The notes under the pieces: model-generated
What the model was told of the DNA's origin: nothing
The model's input: the letters and a program-made list of their open reading frames with translations, nothing else
The model's database searches: none
Translations under genes and position numbers: made by a program
Shown here: positions 1-11,861 of the stretch, one piece after another
Position numbering within the stretch: position 1 is the stretch's first letter
Layout: each line of letters opens with the position of its first letter
NCBI GenBank assembly: GCA_030390025.1
Contig: CM059432.1
Coordinates: 83,702,001 to 83,766,000, forward strand
DNA length: 64,000 nt
Direction: 5' to 3'
From: Squalus acanthias
Lineage: Eukaryota

Positions 1-2359
1 GTGGGTGGGGTGCTTGGGTTGATGTGCGCTCCTTGCGCTGCCTGCGCTTAGCTTCCGCTTGCTCCCGGCGAAGAGACTCGAGGTATTCGACGCCTTCCCG
101 GATGCTTCTCCTCTACTTTGTGCGGTCTTGGGCCAGGGATTCCCAGGTGTCGCTGGGGATGTTACACTTTTTCAAGGAGGCTTTGAGGGTGTCCTTGAAG
201 CGTTTCCTCTGCCCACCTGGGCCTCTCTTGCCGTGCCGGAGCTCCGAGTAGAGCGCTTGTTTTGGGAGTCTTGTATCGGGCATGCGGACAATGTGACCTG
301 TCCATCGGAGCTGATCAAGCGTGGTCAAAGTTTCGATGCTGGGGATGTTGGCCTGAGCAAGAACACTGACGTTGGTGCGCCTATACTGCCAATGGATTTG
401 CAGGATCTGGCGGAGGCAGTGTTGGTGGTACCTCTCCAGTGCTTTGAGGTGCCTGCTGTACATGGTCCATGTCTCTGAGGCATACAGCAGGGCGGGTATC
501 ACTGCTGCTCTGTAGACCATGAGCTTAGTGCCGGGTTTGAGGTCCTGGTCTTCAAACACTCTCTTCCTCAGGTGACCGAAGGCTGCACTGGCACACTGAA
601 GGCGGTGTTGGACTTTGTCGTCGACGTCTGCCCTTGTTGACAGTAGGCTCCCGAGGTATGGAAAGTGGTCCATGTTGTCCAAGGCCTTGTCGTGGATTTT
701 GATAATCGGGGGGCAGTACTGTGTGGCGGGGGCAGGTTGGTAGAGGACCTTTGTCTTACGGATGTTTAGTGTAAGGCCCATGCTCTCGTATGCTTTGGTG
801 AAGGTGTTGACGATGGTTTGGAGTTCGACCTCGGAGTGAGCGCAGAGGCAAACGTCGTCTGCATACTGTAATTCGACAACAGAGGATGGGACGACCTTGG
901 ATCTGGACTGGAGGCGACGGAGGTTGAACAGTTTCCCGTTTGTTCTGTAAATTAGCTCCACTCCAGCGGGGAGCTTACTGAGGGTGAGATGGAGCATTGC
1001 AGCAAGGAAGATCGAGAAGAGCGTTGGTGCGATGACACAGCCTTGCTTGACCCCGGTCCGTACGTGAATTGGGTCTGTGGTGGAACCGTTGGTCAGGATC
1101 ATGGCTTGCATGTCATCGTGAAGCTGGCGGAGGATGGTGACAAACTTTTGAGGGCAGCCGAATTTGCGGAGGACACTCCATAATCCCTCACGGTTGACAG
1201 TGTCGAAGGCCTTTGTGAGATCAAAGAAGGCCATGTACAGCAGTTGGTGCTGTTCCCTGCATTTCTCTTGTAATTGACGTGCGATGAAGATCATGTCCAT
1301 TGTGCCCCTTAGTGGGCGGAATCTGCATTTTGTCTCTGGGAGGAGCTCTTCGGCCACAGGGAGAAGGCGATTGAGGAGGATTCTTGCGATGACTTTCCCT
1401 GTGGCAGACAGCAGGGAAACTCCTCTGTAATTACCGCAATCGGACTTATCACCTTTCTTGAAGATGGTCACAATTACGGCGTCTCTGAGATCCCCTGGCA
1501 TGCTCTCCTCCTTCCATATAAGAGAAATGAGTTCATGAATACACGCCAGTAGTGCTTCTCCGCCATGCTTTAGTGCCTCGGCGGGGATTCCATCTGCTCC
1601 TGAGGCCTTGTTGTTCTTCAGTTGTCGGATGGCCTTTTCAACCTCATGCCGGGCTGGGGTTGTGCTGAGATGGAGGCGGGTAGCATGCTGCGGGATGGAG
1701 TTAAGGACACTCGCGTCGAAGACAGAGTCGCGGTTAAGGAGATCTTCGAAGTGCACCTTCCAGCGGGCACTGACTGCCTCTCTGTCCTTGATGAGTACCT
1801 CTCCGTTTTTGGCCCGCAGTGGGGTAGGACCTTGGGTGCTTGGGCCGTAGGTGGTCTTGACTGCGCTAAAGAATCCACGCACGTCGTGGTTGTCGGCTAG
1901 CTGCTGGATCTCCTGCGCTTTCTCCACCCACCATCTGTTCTTTAGGTCGCGAGTTTTTTGTTGGACCTCAGCCTTCAGGCATCTGTAGAGCTGCTTTCTT
2001 GCTCTCGATTTCTGTTGCTGTTTCCAGATCAGGAATGCCTTGCGCTTGCGGCTTATTAGCTCCTGGATCTCCTGGTCGTTCTCGTCGAACCAGTCTTGGT
2101 GTTTCCTGGTTGAGTGACCGAGCGTCTCTTCAGAGGTGCTGATTATGGAGGCCTTGAGTGCAGACCAGGCGCTGTGGGCACTCTGTGTCTCTGCATCACT
2201 GGGAGTCGTCAGGTTGTTTGTGAGGCACAGGCTGAATAGGGCTTTCTTAGCGGGGTCTTTGAGTGCTCCAGCGTTAATTTTTCTGCGGCATTGTTTCTGT
2301 TGCCGCAGCTGTTTTGGGGCTACATTGATGGAGATGACAGAGCGGATTAGGCGGTGGTC
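1..2359 (-). mobile_element. RTE-clade (BovB-like) LINE, 5'-truncated; 3' end lies outside the window
   Basis: ORF 113..2608(-) from DHRLIRS (end of APE) through RT motifs FFDLTKAFDTV, GVKQGCVIAPTLF, LQYADD and the RTE C-terminal motif QLRWTGHIVRM..RLPK. TAG at 113-115 looks premature because RTE-like coding continues and 1-95 matches the RTE 3' fragment at 45136-45235. Confidence 0.93.
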
Positions 2360-5300
2360 TATATGTGACTTCAGACCCACAGCAATGTGGTTGACTCTTA
2401 ACTGCCCTCTGAAATGGCCTAGCAAGCCACTCAGTTGTAACAAACTGCTACGAAAAACAATAAAAAGAATGAAGTCAGATGGACCACCCGCCATCGACTT
2501 CGGCACCGGGTACGGACATGGCAATGGCACACCCAGCCCAGTCAACCCTGCAAAGTCCTCCTCACCAACATCTGGGGACTTGTGCCAAAATTGGGAGAGC
2601 TGTCCCACAGACTAGTCAAGCAACAGCCTGACATAGTCATACTCACAGAATCATACCTTTCAGCCAATGTCCCAAACTCCGCCATCACCATCCCTGGGTA
2701 TGTCCTGTCCCACCGGCAGGACAGACCCACCAGGGGTGGCGGCACAGTGGTATACAGTCGGGAAGGAGTGGCCCTGGGAGTCCTCAACATTGACTCCGGA
2801 CCCCATGAAGTCTCATGGCTTCAGGTCAAGCTTGGGCAAGGAAACCTCCTGCTGATTACCACCTACCGCTGACCCTCAGCTGATGAATCAGTACTGCTCC
2901 ATGTTGAACACCACTTGGAAGAAGCACTGAGAGTAGCAAGGGCACAGAATGTACTCTGGGTGGGGGACTTCAATGTCCATCACTAAGAGTGGCTCGGTAG
3001 CACCACTACTGACCGAGCTGGCCGAGTCCTGAAGGACATAGCTGCCAGTCTGGGCCTGCGACAGGTGGTGAGAGATCCAACACAAGATAAAAACCTACTT
3101 GACCTCGTCCTCACCAATCTACCTGTCGCAGATGCATCTGTCCATGACAGTATTGGTAGCAGTGACCACTGCACAGTCATTGTGGAGACGAAGTCCTGTC
3201 TTCACATTAACGACACCCTCCATCGTGTTGTGTGGCACTACCACTGTGCTAAATGGGATAGATTCAGAACAGATCTAGCAGCTCAAAACTGGGCATCCAT
3301 GAGGTGCTGTGGGCCATCAGCAGCAGCAGAATTGTATTCCACCACAATCTGTAACCTCATGGCTCGGCATAGCCCTCACTCTACCATTACCATCAAGCCA
3401 GGGGACCAACCCTGGTTCAATAAGGAGTGTAGAAGAGCATGCCAGGGAGCAGCACCAGGCGTACCTAAAAATGAGGTGCCAACCTGGGGAAGCTGCAACA
3501 CAGGACTACATGCATGCTAAAAAGCAGAAGCAGCATGCTATAGACAGGGCTAAATGATCCCACAATCAACGGATCAGATCAAAGCTCTGCAGTCCTGCCA
3601 CATCCAGTCGTGAATGGTGGCGGACAATTAAACAACTAACGGGAGGAGGAGGCTCCATGAATATCCCCAGCCTCAATGATGGTGGAGCCCAGCACATGAG
3701 TGCAAAAGACAAGGCTGAAGCGTTTGCAACCATCTTCAGCCAGAAGTGCCAAGTGGATGATCCATATCGGCCTACTCCTGAGGTCCCCACCATCACAGAA
3801 GCCAGCCTTCAGCCAATTCGATTTACTCCACGTGAAATCAAGAAACGGCTGAGCGCACTGGATACAGCAAAGGCTATGGGCCCCGACAACATCCCGGCTA
3901 TCGTGCTGAAGACTTGTGCTCCAGAACCAGCCGCGCCTCTAGCCGAGCTGTTCCAGTACAGCTACATCACTGGCATCTATCTGACAATGTGGAAAACTGC
4001 CCAGGTATGTCCTGTCCAAAAAAAGCAGGACAAATCCAACCCGGTCAATTACCGCCCCAACAGTCTACTCTCAATCATCAGCAAAGTGATGGAAGGTGTC
4101 ATCGACAGTGCTATCAAGCGGCATTTACTCACCAATAACCTGCTCACTGATGCCCAGTTTGGGTTCCGCCAAGACCACTCGGCTCCCGACCTCATTACAG
4201 CCTTGGTCCAAACATGGACAAAGGAGCTGAATTCCAGAGGTGAGGTGAGAGTGACTGCCCTTTACATCAAGGCAGCATTTGACCGAATTTGGCATCAAGG
4301 AGCCCGAGTAAAACTGAAGTCAATGGGAATCGAGGGGAAAACTCTCCACTGGCTGGAGTCATTCCTAGCATAAAGGAAGATGATTGTGGTGGTTGAAGGT
4401 CAATCATCACAGCCCCAGGACATCGCTGCAGGAGTCCCTCAGGGGAGTGTCCTGGGCCCAACCATCTTCAGCTGCTTCATCAATGACCTTCCCTCCAACA
4501 TAAGGTCAGAAATGGGGATGTTCGCTGATGACTGCACAGTGTTCAGCACCATTCACAACTCCTCAGATAATGAAGCAGTCCATGCCCGCATGCAACAAGA
4601 CCTGGACGACGTTCAGGCTTGGGCTGATAAGTGGCAGGTAACATTCGCGCCACAGAAGTGCCAGGCAATGACTATCTCCAACAAGCGAGAGTCTAACCAC
4701 CTCCCCTTGACATTCAATGGCATTACCTTCGCTGAATCCCCCACCATCAACATCCTGGGGGTCACCATTGACCAGAAACTTAACTGGACCAGCCAGATAA
4801 ATACTGTGACAACAAGAGCAGGTCAGAGGCTAGGTATTCTTTGGCAAGCGTCTCACCTCCTGACTCCCCAAAGCCTTTCCACCATCTACAAGGCACAAGT
4901 AAGGAGTTTGATGGAATATTCTCCATTTGCCTGGATGAGTGCAGCTCCAACAACACTCAAGAAGCTCAACACCATCCAGGACAAAGCAGCCCGCTTGATT
5001 GGCACCCCATCCACCACCTCAAACATTCATTCCCTCCACCACCGGCGTACCGTGGCTGCAGTGTGTACCATCTACAAGATGCACTGCAGCAACTCGCCAA
5101 GGCTTCTTCGGCAGCACCTCCCAAACCCTGCGACCTCTTCCACCTAGAAGGACAAGGGCAGCAGGCGCATGGGAACACCACCACCTCCAAGTTCCCCTCC
5201 AAGTCACACACCGTCCTGACTTAGAAGTATATCGCCGATCTTTCATCATTGCTGGGTCATAATCCTGGAACTCCCTACCTAACAGCACTGTGGGAGTACC

Positions 5301-5428
5301 TTCACCGCACGGACTGCAGCAGTTTAAGAAGGCGGCACACCACCACCTTCTTAAGGGCAATTAGGGATGGGCAATAAATGCTGGCGTTGCCAGCGACGCC
5401 CTACATTCCATAAACGAATAAAAAAAAT
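2360..5428 (+). mobile_element. Family-T LINE (single APE-RT ORF, CR1/Jockey group, Zenon-like); near full length, tRNA head missing, ORF broken by stops/frameshifts
   Basis: APE motifs KVLLTNIWGL, DIVILTESYL, GDFN, SDH; RT motifs AAFDRIWH, GVPQGSVLGP, FADD; 3' tail aagggcaattagggatgggcaataaatgctggc...gaataaaaaaaa; 5' body (cagcaatgtggttgactcttaactg) shared with the copies at ~15930 and ~52820. Confidence 0.92.
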
Positions 5429-6169
5429 GTTTTTAAACACAGGGAGCTGGCACTTCCCTGCAATCCAAACAAAACATGCACCAATGTAAAAATGCCTTAT
5501 ATGAGATTTTCACAGCACCTTTATTATATTGCTTTGAGTATAAAATTTTAATATAATAAAGGCAAACAATAGACCCTATTGCAGTGTGATATTTCTATTT
5601 TCCACACCGGCCCTCTTTGTGGCCTGCCAAGTTAAAGGTGATTATGCAGTTTTATGCTAGGAACTGTGAGTACAAGTGATTGGGTTGAAAACTATTTGAA
5701 TCCATTTCATTTAGGACCTTTGAAGATGGCAAGAAGAGTGTTTACAGCCACTCAGTGTTGACTCCGTTCAAACCCAAGCCCCACAGGTGAAAGGAAGTAT
5801 GCTAATCCACTGTGCCACCCAATCCCTTGTGTATCCTCTTGTGGTTACATTAAAAAGAAGCATTATAAAAGGAATCATAAAAGGGAAGAAAGAACAGTGG
5901 GGAAGGCAGTGTTTTATCTTTTTATCTTTCTGTTTCCTGCTGTCAGAAGAAACTCACCTTTTAAAATCTAACCTTATGGAACAAAAACACACCACTCTGG
6001 CTGACTTCAAAGTTATAGGATACTGCTGGGGCAATTTGTTTTTACACAATGAAAGAAGCTAGGCCACAGTAGTATGAGAGGGACTGGAACTGACCACCGA
6101 CAACAAAGTGATGCAAAGACATTTGCACTCGTTTCCACTGAGCACACCAAAAGCCAATAAGAGGGCCAA

Positions 6170-6325
6170 CCATAGCCACAGGGGAGGTGCCAGAGGACTG
6201 GAGGACAGCTAACGTAGTACCATTATTCAAGAAGGGTAGTAGGGATAAACCAGGGAATTACAGGCCAGTGAGCCTAACATCAGTGGTAGGGAAATTATTG
6301 GAAAAAATTCTGAGGGACAGAATTA
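6170..6325 (+). mobile_element. CR1 ORF2 fragment
   Basis: Translates to VPEDWRTANVVPLFKKG..PGNYRPVSLTSVVGKLLEKILRD, matching other CR1 RT regions in the window. Confidence 0.85.
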
Positions 6326-6329
6326 GTCT

Positions 6330-6742
6330 TAACTGGGAACCAATGTAGGTCAGCGAGCACAGGGGTGATGGGTGAACGGGACTTGGTTTGAGTTAGGACA
6401 CGGGCAGCCAAGTTTTGGATGACCTCAAGTTTACGGAAGGTAGAACATGGGTGGCCAGCCAGGAGTGCGTTGGAATAGTGAAGTCTAGAGGTAACAAAGG
6501 CATGGATGAGGGTTTCAGCAGCGGATGAGCTGAGGCAAGGTTGGAGACGGGCGATATTACGGAGGTGGAAATAGGTGGCCTTAGTTATGCCATGGATATG
6601 TGGTTGGAAGCTCATTTCTGGGTCAAATATGACACCAAGGTTGTGAACAGTGTGGTTCAGCCTCAAAAAAATGATAGTGAGAGGGATGGAGTCAATGGCT
6701 AGGGAATGAATTTGTGGCAGGGACCGAAAAGAACGGCTTTGG
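6330..6742 (-). mobile_element. L2-clade LINE fragment (3' part), split by a family-T insertion
   Basis: ORF 6295..6666: NLGVIFDPEMSF..HI..YFHLRNIARL..LIHAFVTSRL.YSNALLAG..SPITPVLADLHW, typical L2 post-RT region. Confidence 0.88.
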
Positions 6743-9115
6743 TTTTTTTATTCGTTCTTGGGATGTGGGCGTCGCTGGCAACGCCAGCATTTATTGCCCA
6801 TCCCTAATTGCCCTTGAGAAGGTGGTGGTGAGCCGCCTTCTTGAACCACTGCAGTCCGTGTGGTGAAGGTACTCCCACAGTGCTGTTAGGGAGGGAGTTC
6901 CAGGATTTTGACCCAACGACGGTGAAGAAACGGCAATATATTTCCAAGTCAGGATGGTGTGTACCTTGGAGGGGAACTTGGAGGTGGTGGTGTTCCCATA
7001 CGCCTGCTGCCCTTGTCCTTCTAGGTGGTAGAGGTTGCGGGTTTGGGAGGTGCTGCCGAAGAAGCCTTGGCGAGTTGCTGCAGTGCATCTTGTAGATGGT
7101 ACACACTGCAGCCATCGTACGCCGGTGGTGCAGGGAGTGAATGTTTAAGATGGTGGATGGAGTGCCAATCAAGCGGGCTGCTTTGTCCTGGATGGTGTCA
7201 AGCTTCTTGAGTGTTGTTGGAGCTGCATTCATCCAGGCAAGTGGAGAGTATTCCATCACGCTCCTGACTTGTGCCTTGTAGATGGTGGAAAGCCTTTGGG
7301 GAGTTAGGAGGTGAGACACTTGCCACAGAATACCCAGCCTCTGACCTGCTCTTGTTGCCACAGTATTTATGTGGCTGGTCCAGTTAAGTTTCTGGTCAAT
7401 GGTGACCCCCCCAGGATGTTGATGGTGGGGATTCGGCGATGGTAATGCCGTTGAATGTCAAGGGGCAGTGATTAGACTTTCTCTTGTTGGAGATAGTCAT
7501 TGCCTGTCACTTCTGTGGTGCAAATGTTACTTGCCACTTATCAGCTCAAGCCTGAATGTTAGCCAAGTCTTGCTGCATTCGGGCATGGACTGCTTCATTA
7601 TCTGAAGAGTTGCGAATGGAACTGAACACTGTGCAATCATCAGCGAACATCCCCAATTCTGACCTTATGATGGAGGGAAGGTCATTGATGAAGCAGCTGA
7701 AGATGGTTGGGCCTAGGACACTGCCCTGAGGAACTCCTGCAGCGATGTTCTGGGGCTATGATGATTGACCTCCAACAACCACAACCATCTTCCTTTGTGT
7801 GACGTATGACTCCAGTAAGTGGAGAATTTTCCCCCTGATTCCCATTGACTTCAATTTTACTAGAGCTCCTTGATGCCACACTCAGTCAAATGCTGCCTTG
7901 ATGTCAAGGACAGTCACTCTCACCTCACCTCTGGAATTCAGCTCTTTTGTCCATGTTTGGACCAAGGCTGTGATGAAGTCTGGAGCCTAGTGGTCCTGGC
8001 GGAACCCAAAGTGAGCATCAGTGAGCAGGTTGTTGGTGAGTAAGTGCCGCTTGATTGCGCTGTCTTCGACACCTTCTATCACTTTGCTGATGATTGAGAG
8101 TAGACTGATGGGGCGGTAATTGGCCGGATTGGATATGTCCTGCTTTTTGTGGACAGGACATAACTGGGAAGTTTTCCACAATGTCGGGTAGATGCCAGTG
8201 TTGTAGCTGTACTCGAACTGCTTGGCTAGAGGCACAGCTAGTTCTGGAGCACAAGTCTTCAGCACTACAGCCGGGATGTTGTTGGGGCCCATAGCCCGTA
8301 TCCAGTGCGCTCAGCCGTTTCTTAATATCACGTGGAGTGAATCAAATTAGCTGAAGACTGGCTTCTGTGATTGTGGATCATCCACTTGGCACTTCTGGCT
8401 GAAGATGGTTGCAAATGCTTCAGCCTTGTCTTTTGCACTCATGTGCTGGGCTGCTCCATCATTGAGGATGGGGATATTCCTGGAACTTCCTCCTCCCGTT
8501 AGTTGTTTAATTGTCCACCACCATTCACAACTGGATAGGGCAGGACTGCAGAGCTTTGATCTGATCCGTTGATTGTGGGATCACCTAGCTCTGTCTATAG
8601 CATGCTGCTTCCGCTGTTTAACATACATGTAATCCTGTGTTGCAGCTTCCCCAGCTTGACACCTCATTTAAAGGTACGCCTGGTGCTGCTCCTGGCATGC
8701 TCTTCTACACTCCTCATTGAACCAGGGTTGGTCCCCTGGCTTGATGGTAATGGTAGAGTGAGGAATATGCCGCGCCATGAGTTTACAGATTGTGGTGGAA
8801 TACAATTCTGCTGCTGATGGCCCACAGCCCCTCATGGATGCCCAGTTTTGAGCTGCTAGATCTGTTCTGAATCTATCCCATTTAGCATGGTGGTAGTGAC
8901 ACACATCACGATGGAGGGTGTCCTCAGTGTGAAGACGGGGCTTCGTCTCCGCAAGGGCTGTGCGGTGATCACTGCTACCAATGCTGTCATGGACAGATGC
9001 ATCTGTGACATGTAGATTGGTGAGAACGAGGCCAAGTAGGTTTTTCCCTCGTGTTGGTTCGGTCACCACCTGCCGCAGTCCTAGTCTGGCAGCTATGTCC
9101 TTCAGGACTCGGCCA
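6743..9115 (-). mobile_element. Family-T LINE, 5'-truncated, inserted in L2
   Basis: Reverse complement of the tail at 6743-6815; high similarity to ~3020-5420; L2 reading (..LQLNIG / KAVLFGP..) resumes on both sides. Confidence 0.92.
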
Positions 9116-9795
9116 ATATTTAACTGGAGAAAATTTCTGCTCATCCTGAACTGGATGTCGGACAAGGAGTCTGACAATTTAGAGACCGTGGAGGGGTTGA
9201 GAGAAGTGGTGGTGTGGTAAAGTTGGGTGTCATCAGCGTACGTGTGGAAACTGACGATGTGCTTTCGGATGATGCCGCCAAGGGACTACATGTAGATGAG
9301 AAATAGGATGGGACCAAGGATAGATCCTTGCCGGATACCAGATGTAACAATGCGGGAGCAGGAAGAGATGCCATTGCACGTGATTCTCTGGCTACGATTA
9401 AAAGGATAAGAATGGAACCATGTGAGTGCAGTCCCACCCAGCTGGACGATGGTGGAGAGGCGTTGGAGAAGGATGGAGTGGTCAACCGTGTCAAAGGCTG
9501 CAAACAAGTCAAGAAGGACGTCATTTGTGACTTTGATGAGAGCCGTTTTGGTTCTGTGGCACGGGTGGAAACCTGATTGGAGGGATTCAAACATGGAGTT
9601 GCGGGAAAGATGGGCACAGATTTGGGGGGCGACAACACGTTCAAGGACTTTGGAGAGGAAAGGGATGTTGGAGATGGGTCGGTAGTTTTCAAGGATGGAG
9701 GGGTCAAGGGGTGGTATTATGAAGAGAGGGGTGATGATGGCAGATTTGAGGGAGAGGGGGACAGTACCTGAGGAGAGAGAACCGTTAACAATGTC
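9113..9795 (-). mobile_element. L2-clade LINE RT fragment (5' part)
   Basis: IVNGSLSSGTVPLSLKSAIITP..LDPSILENYRPISNIPFLSKVLERVV..LLDLFAAFDTVDHSILLQRL..QGSILGPILF. Confidence 0.9.
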
Positions 9796-10308
9796 TTCTG
9801 TGAAGACAGGTCCAAAATATTTGTTTAAAGTCTCTGTCATTTCCTTATTCCCCATTTTAATTTCTCCTGTCTCAGCCTCTAAGGGACTAATGTGTACTTG
9901 CTACTCTCTTCCTTTTTACATACTAGAAGAAGCTCTTTTAATCTGTTTTTATATTTCATGCCAGTATACTCTCATATTCTATTTTCTCCCTTTTTATCAA
10001 TTTTTTGGTCATCCTTTGCTGATTTCTAAAGCTCTCCCAATCCTCAGGCTTACTACTATTCTTCACAACATTATAAGTCTCTTCTTTTAATTTAATACTA
10101 TCCTTAACTTCTTTAGTTAGCCACGGATGGATCACTTTTACCGTGAAGTTTTTATTTCTCAATGGAATTTATATTCATTGAGAATTTTGGAATATTTCTT
10201 TAAATGTTTGCCACTGCTTATCTACCGTCATACCTTTTAATCTAATTTCCTGATCTACGTTGCCAAATCACCCCTCATACCTATGTAATTGGCTTCATTT
10301 AAGTTTAA

Positions 10309-11034
10309 GGGGGAAAAATTTGGTTGTTTTGCGCCTCCCGTTAGTGAGGGGACGCTAACGGGGCGCAAAACAACTAGCGCCCGGGCGTGGCGCAGCTAAC
10401 GCCTCCCGCGAAATTCAGCGGGAGTTTAGCGCCGGCAGTAGTCGGTAGCACCCCGTGGTGCTGTGCCTCCGGCGATGATGTCTTCGCCGTGCGCAGCGCC
10501 CCGCTCACGCCCCGGCCCCAAACTTGGCTCGCGCCCCCTGACCTACCGTCGGACGCTGTGTCCGACAGGGTCAGGAGGCGTTTTTCCGGCCGGGACGGCG
10601 ATAATTCAAGGGCAGGTGCCTGGTGGCCATTTTTTTGGGGGGCCGCCTGCCAGCTCCTGCCCCCTCTGGCCTCCTGCTGCGGGATGCCAGCTGCGATCCG
10701 TCAGCCTGGCACTCCTCTTGAGTGCTGGGCTCTTTTGCCGGCACCCCGCTCCCTGGTGGCCCAGCAGGGCCCCGGTGCGCGCTGCGCTAGGCCCCTCCCT
10801 TTAATCAGGGGAGGGAGGCCTGTAGTACCGCGGCGCTACGTGCTGGCGCGCATGGTGCTGCTGCACGTAATGGTGCGATATTGAATTGGAGCTCCCCAAG
10901 AGGGAGGGGGAGCACTTCCAGTAGCACTCCGCCTCCTGCTTGGGGTGCTACCATTGAATTTTGGGTGCGGGGCGATAACTTTTTCGGGCAGCTAAGTTAT
11001 TGCCCCAAAGTGGGCGCTAGCCAATTTTTGCCCC
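10309..11034. mobile_element. PIF/Harbinger-type MITE, GC/CpG-rich
   Basis: Termini gggggaaaaattt / ccaatttttgcccc; 3-bp TSD TAA (10306-10308, 11035-11037); removal restores CR1 tttaagtttaagactctag. Confidence 0.88.
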
Positions 11035-11097
11035 TAAGACTCTAGTTGCAGACTGAAGTATTTCATTCTCAAACTCAATGTGAAATTCTATCATAAT

Positions 11098-11861
11098 GGG
11101 CCAAAAATTTGGCTTTCTGGCTTCCTGCGGGTGCAAGCATCGCGCGTGTACTTGCCTACCGCACCTGCAGTTGTGCTTTGGGCCCACGAGGACTTCGGGT
11201 CCTGGGCCTCCTCCAGCTGCCGGCACGCAGTGCTTGTGTATCCCAGGGGCGCAGTTAGTTCGAAGCGTCCCCTGGGATCACATGGGCCATGGAGAGCCAA
11301 TCCTAGCAGGGCATTTTCATTCATAGATTTGACTGGAAGACCTGTCAAACCTATGAATAGAGATCGGCCCCAAAACCACACTTAAACTTCAAATAAATTT
11401 TTAAAAAAACATCACATTTTTAAAATAACTATAAGTTACATAAATTCACTACTTTAAACAAAAATTTGAATTTTTGAAAAATTAATTATACCTTTTAACG
11501 GTGCTAAAAATAAACTTGCCTTTCTTTAAAGTATCTAAAAAAGTTAAACCTGTTGAAAAAAATTTTAAATTGTAATTAATTAACCACTTACCTTGTTAAA
11601 AACAGGCCTTGCACCTCCTTTTTAAAAGTGCAGCTTCTTCATACTTACCTTCCCGGAGAAACCTGAAAAAAAACCTGAAGTTCGCTGCGTGCGCGCAGCC
11701 TCTCCCGCGCACGCGTTCGACTTCTGAACCCCTCCCTTCAGGGGAACGGAAGTTCCGGTTTCCCACGCATGCGCAGTGCATGCAGGAAACCGACACTTCA
11801 GGTGGCCTTACGGGTGAGTACACAGCGCGTACTCACCTGACAACAGCCGGATTTCTGGCCC
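11098..11861. mobile_element. PIF/Harbinger-type MITE (second family)
   Basis: Termini gggccaaaaattt / ggatttctggccc; flanks aat/att; removal restores CR1 aattctatcat-att-atgatc. Confidence 0.8.

Noticed and set aside
113..2608. 831-aa ORF as an intact RT with a novel N-terminus
   Set aside because: The first ~83 residues are antisense read-through of the family-T 5' region; the RTE part is 5'-truncated and ends at a likely premature TAG.
8668..9855. Fusion ORFs L2/family-T (8668..9177) and CR1/L2 (9286..9855)
   Set aside because: In-frame joins at insertion junctions of decayed fragments; single occurrences.
10387..10884. GC-rich ORFs in MITEs (also 27287-27872 and 11017-11385)
   Set aside because: Stop-poor because of GC content, no recognisable domains, and bounded by TIRs and TSDs.
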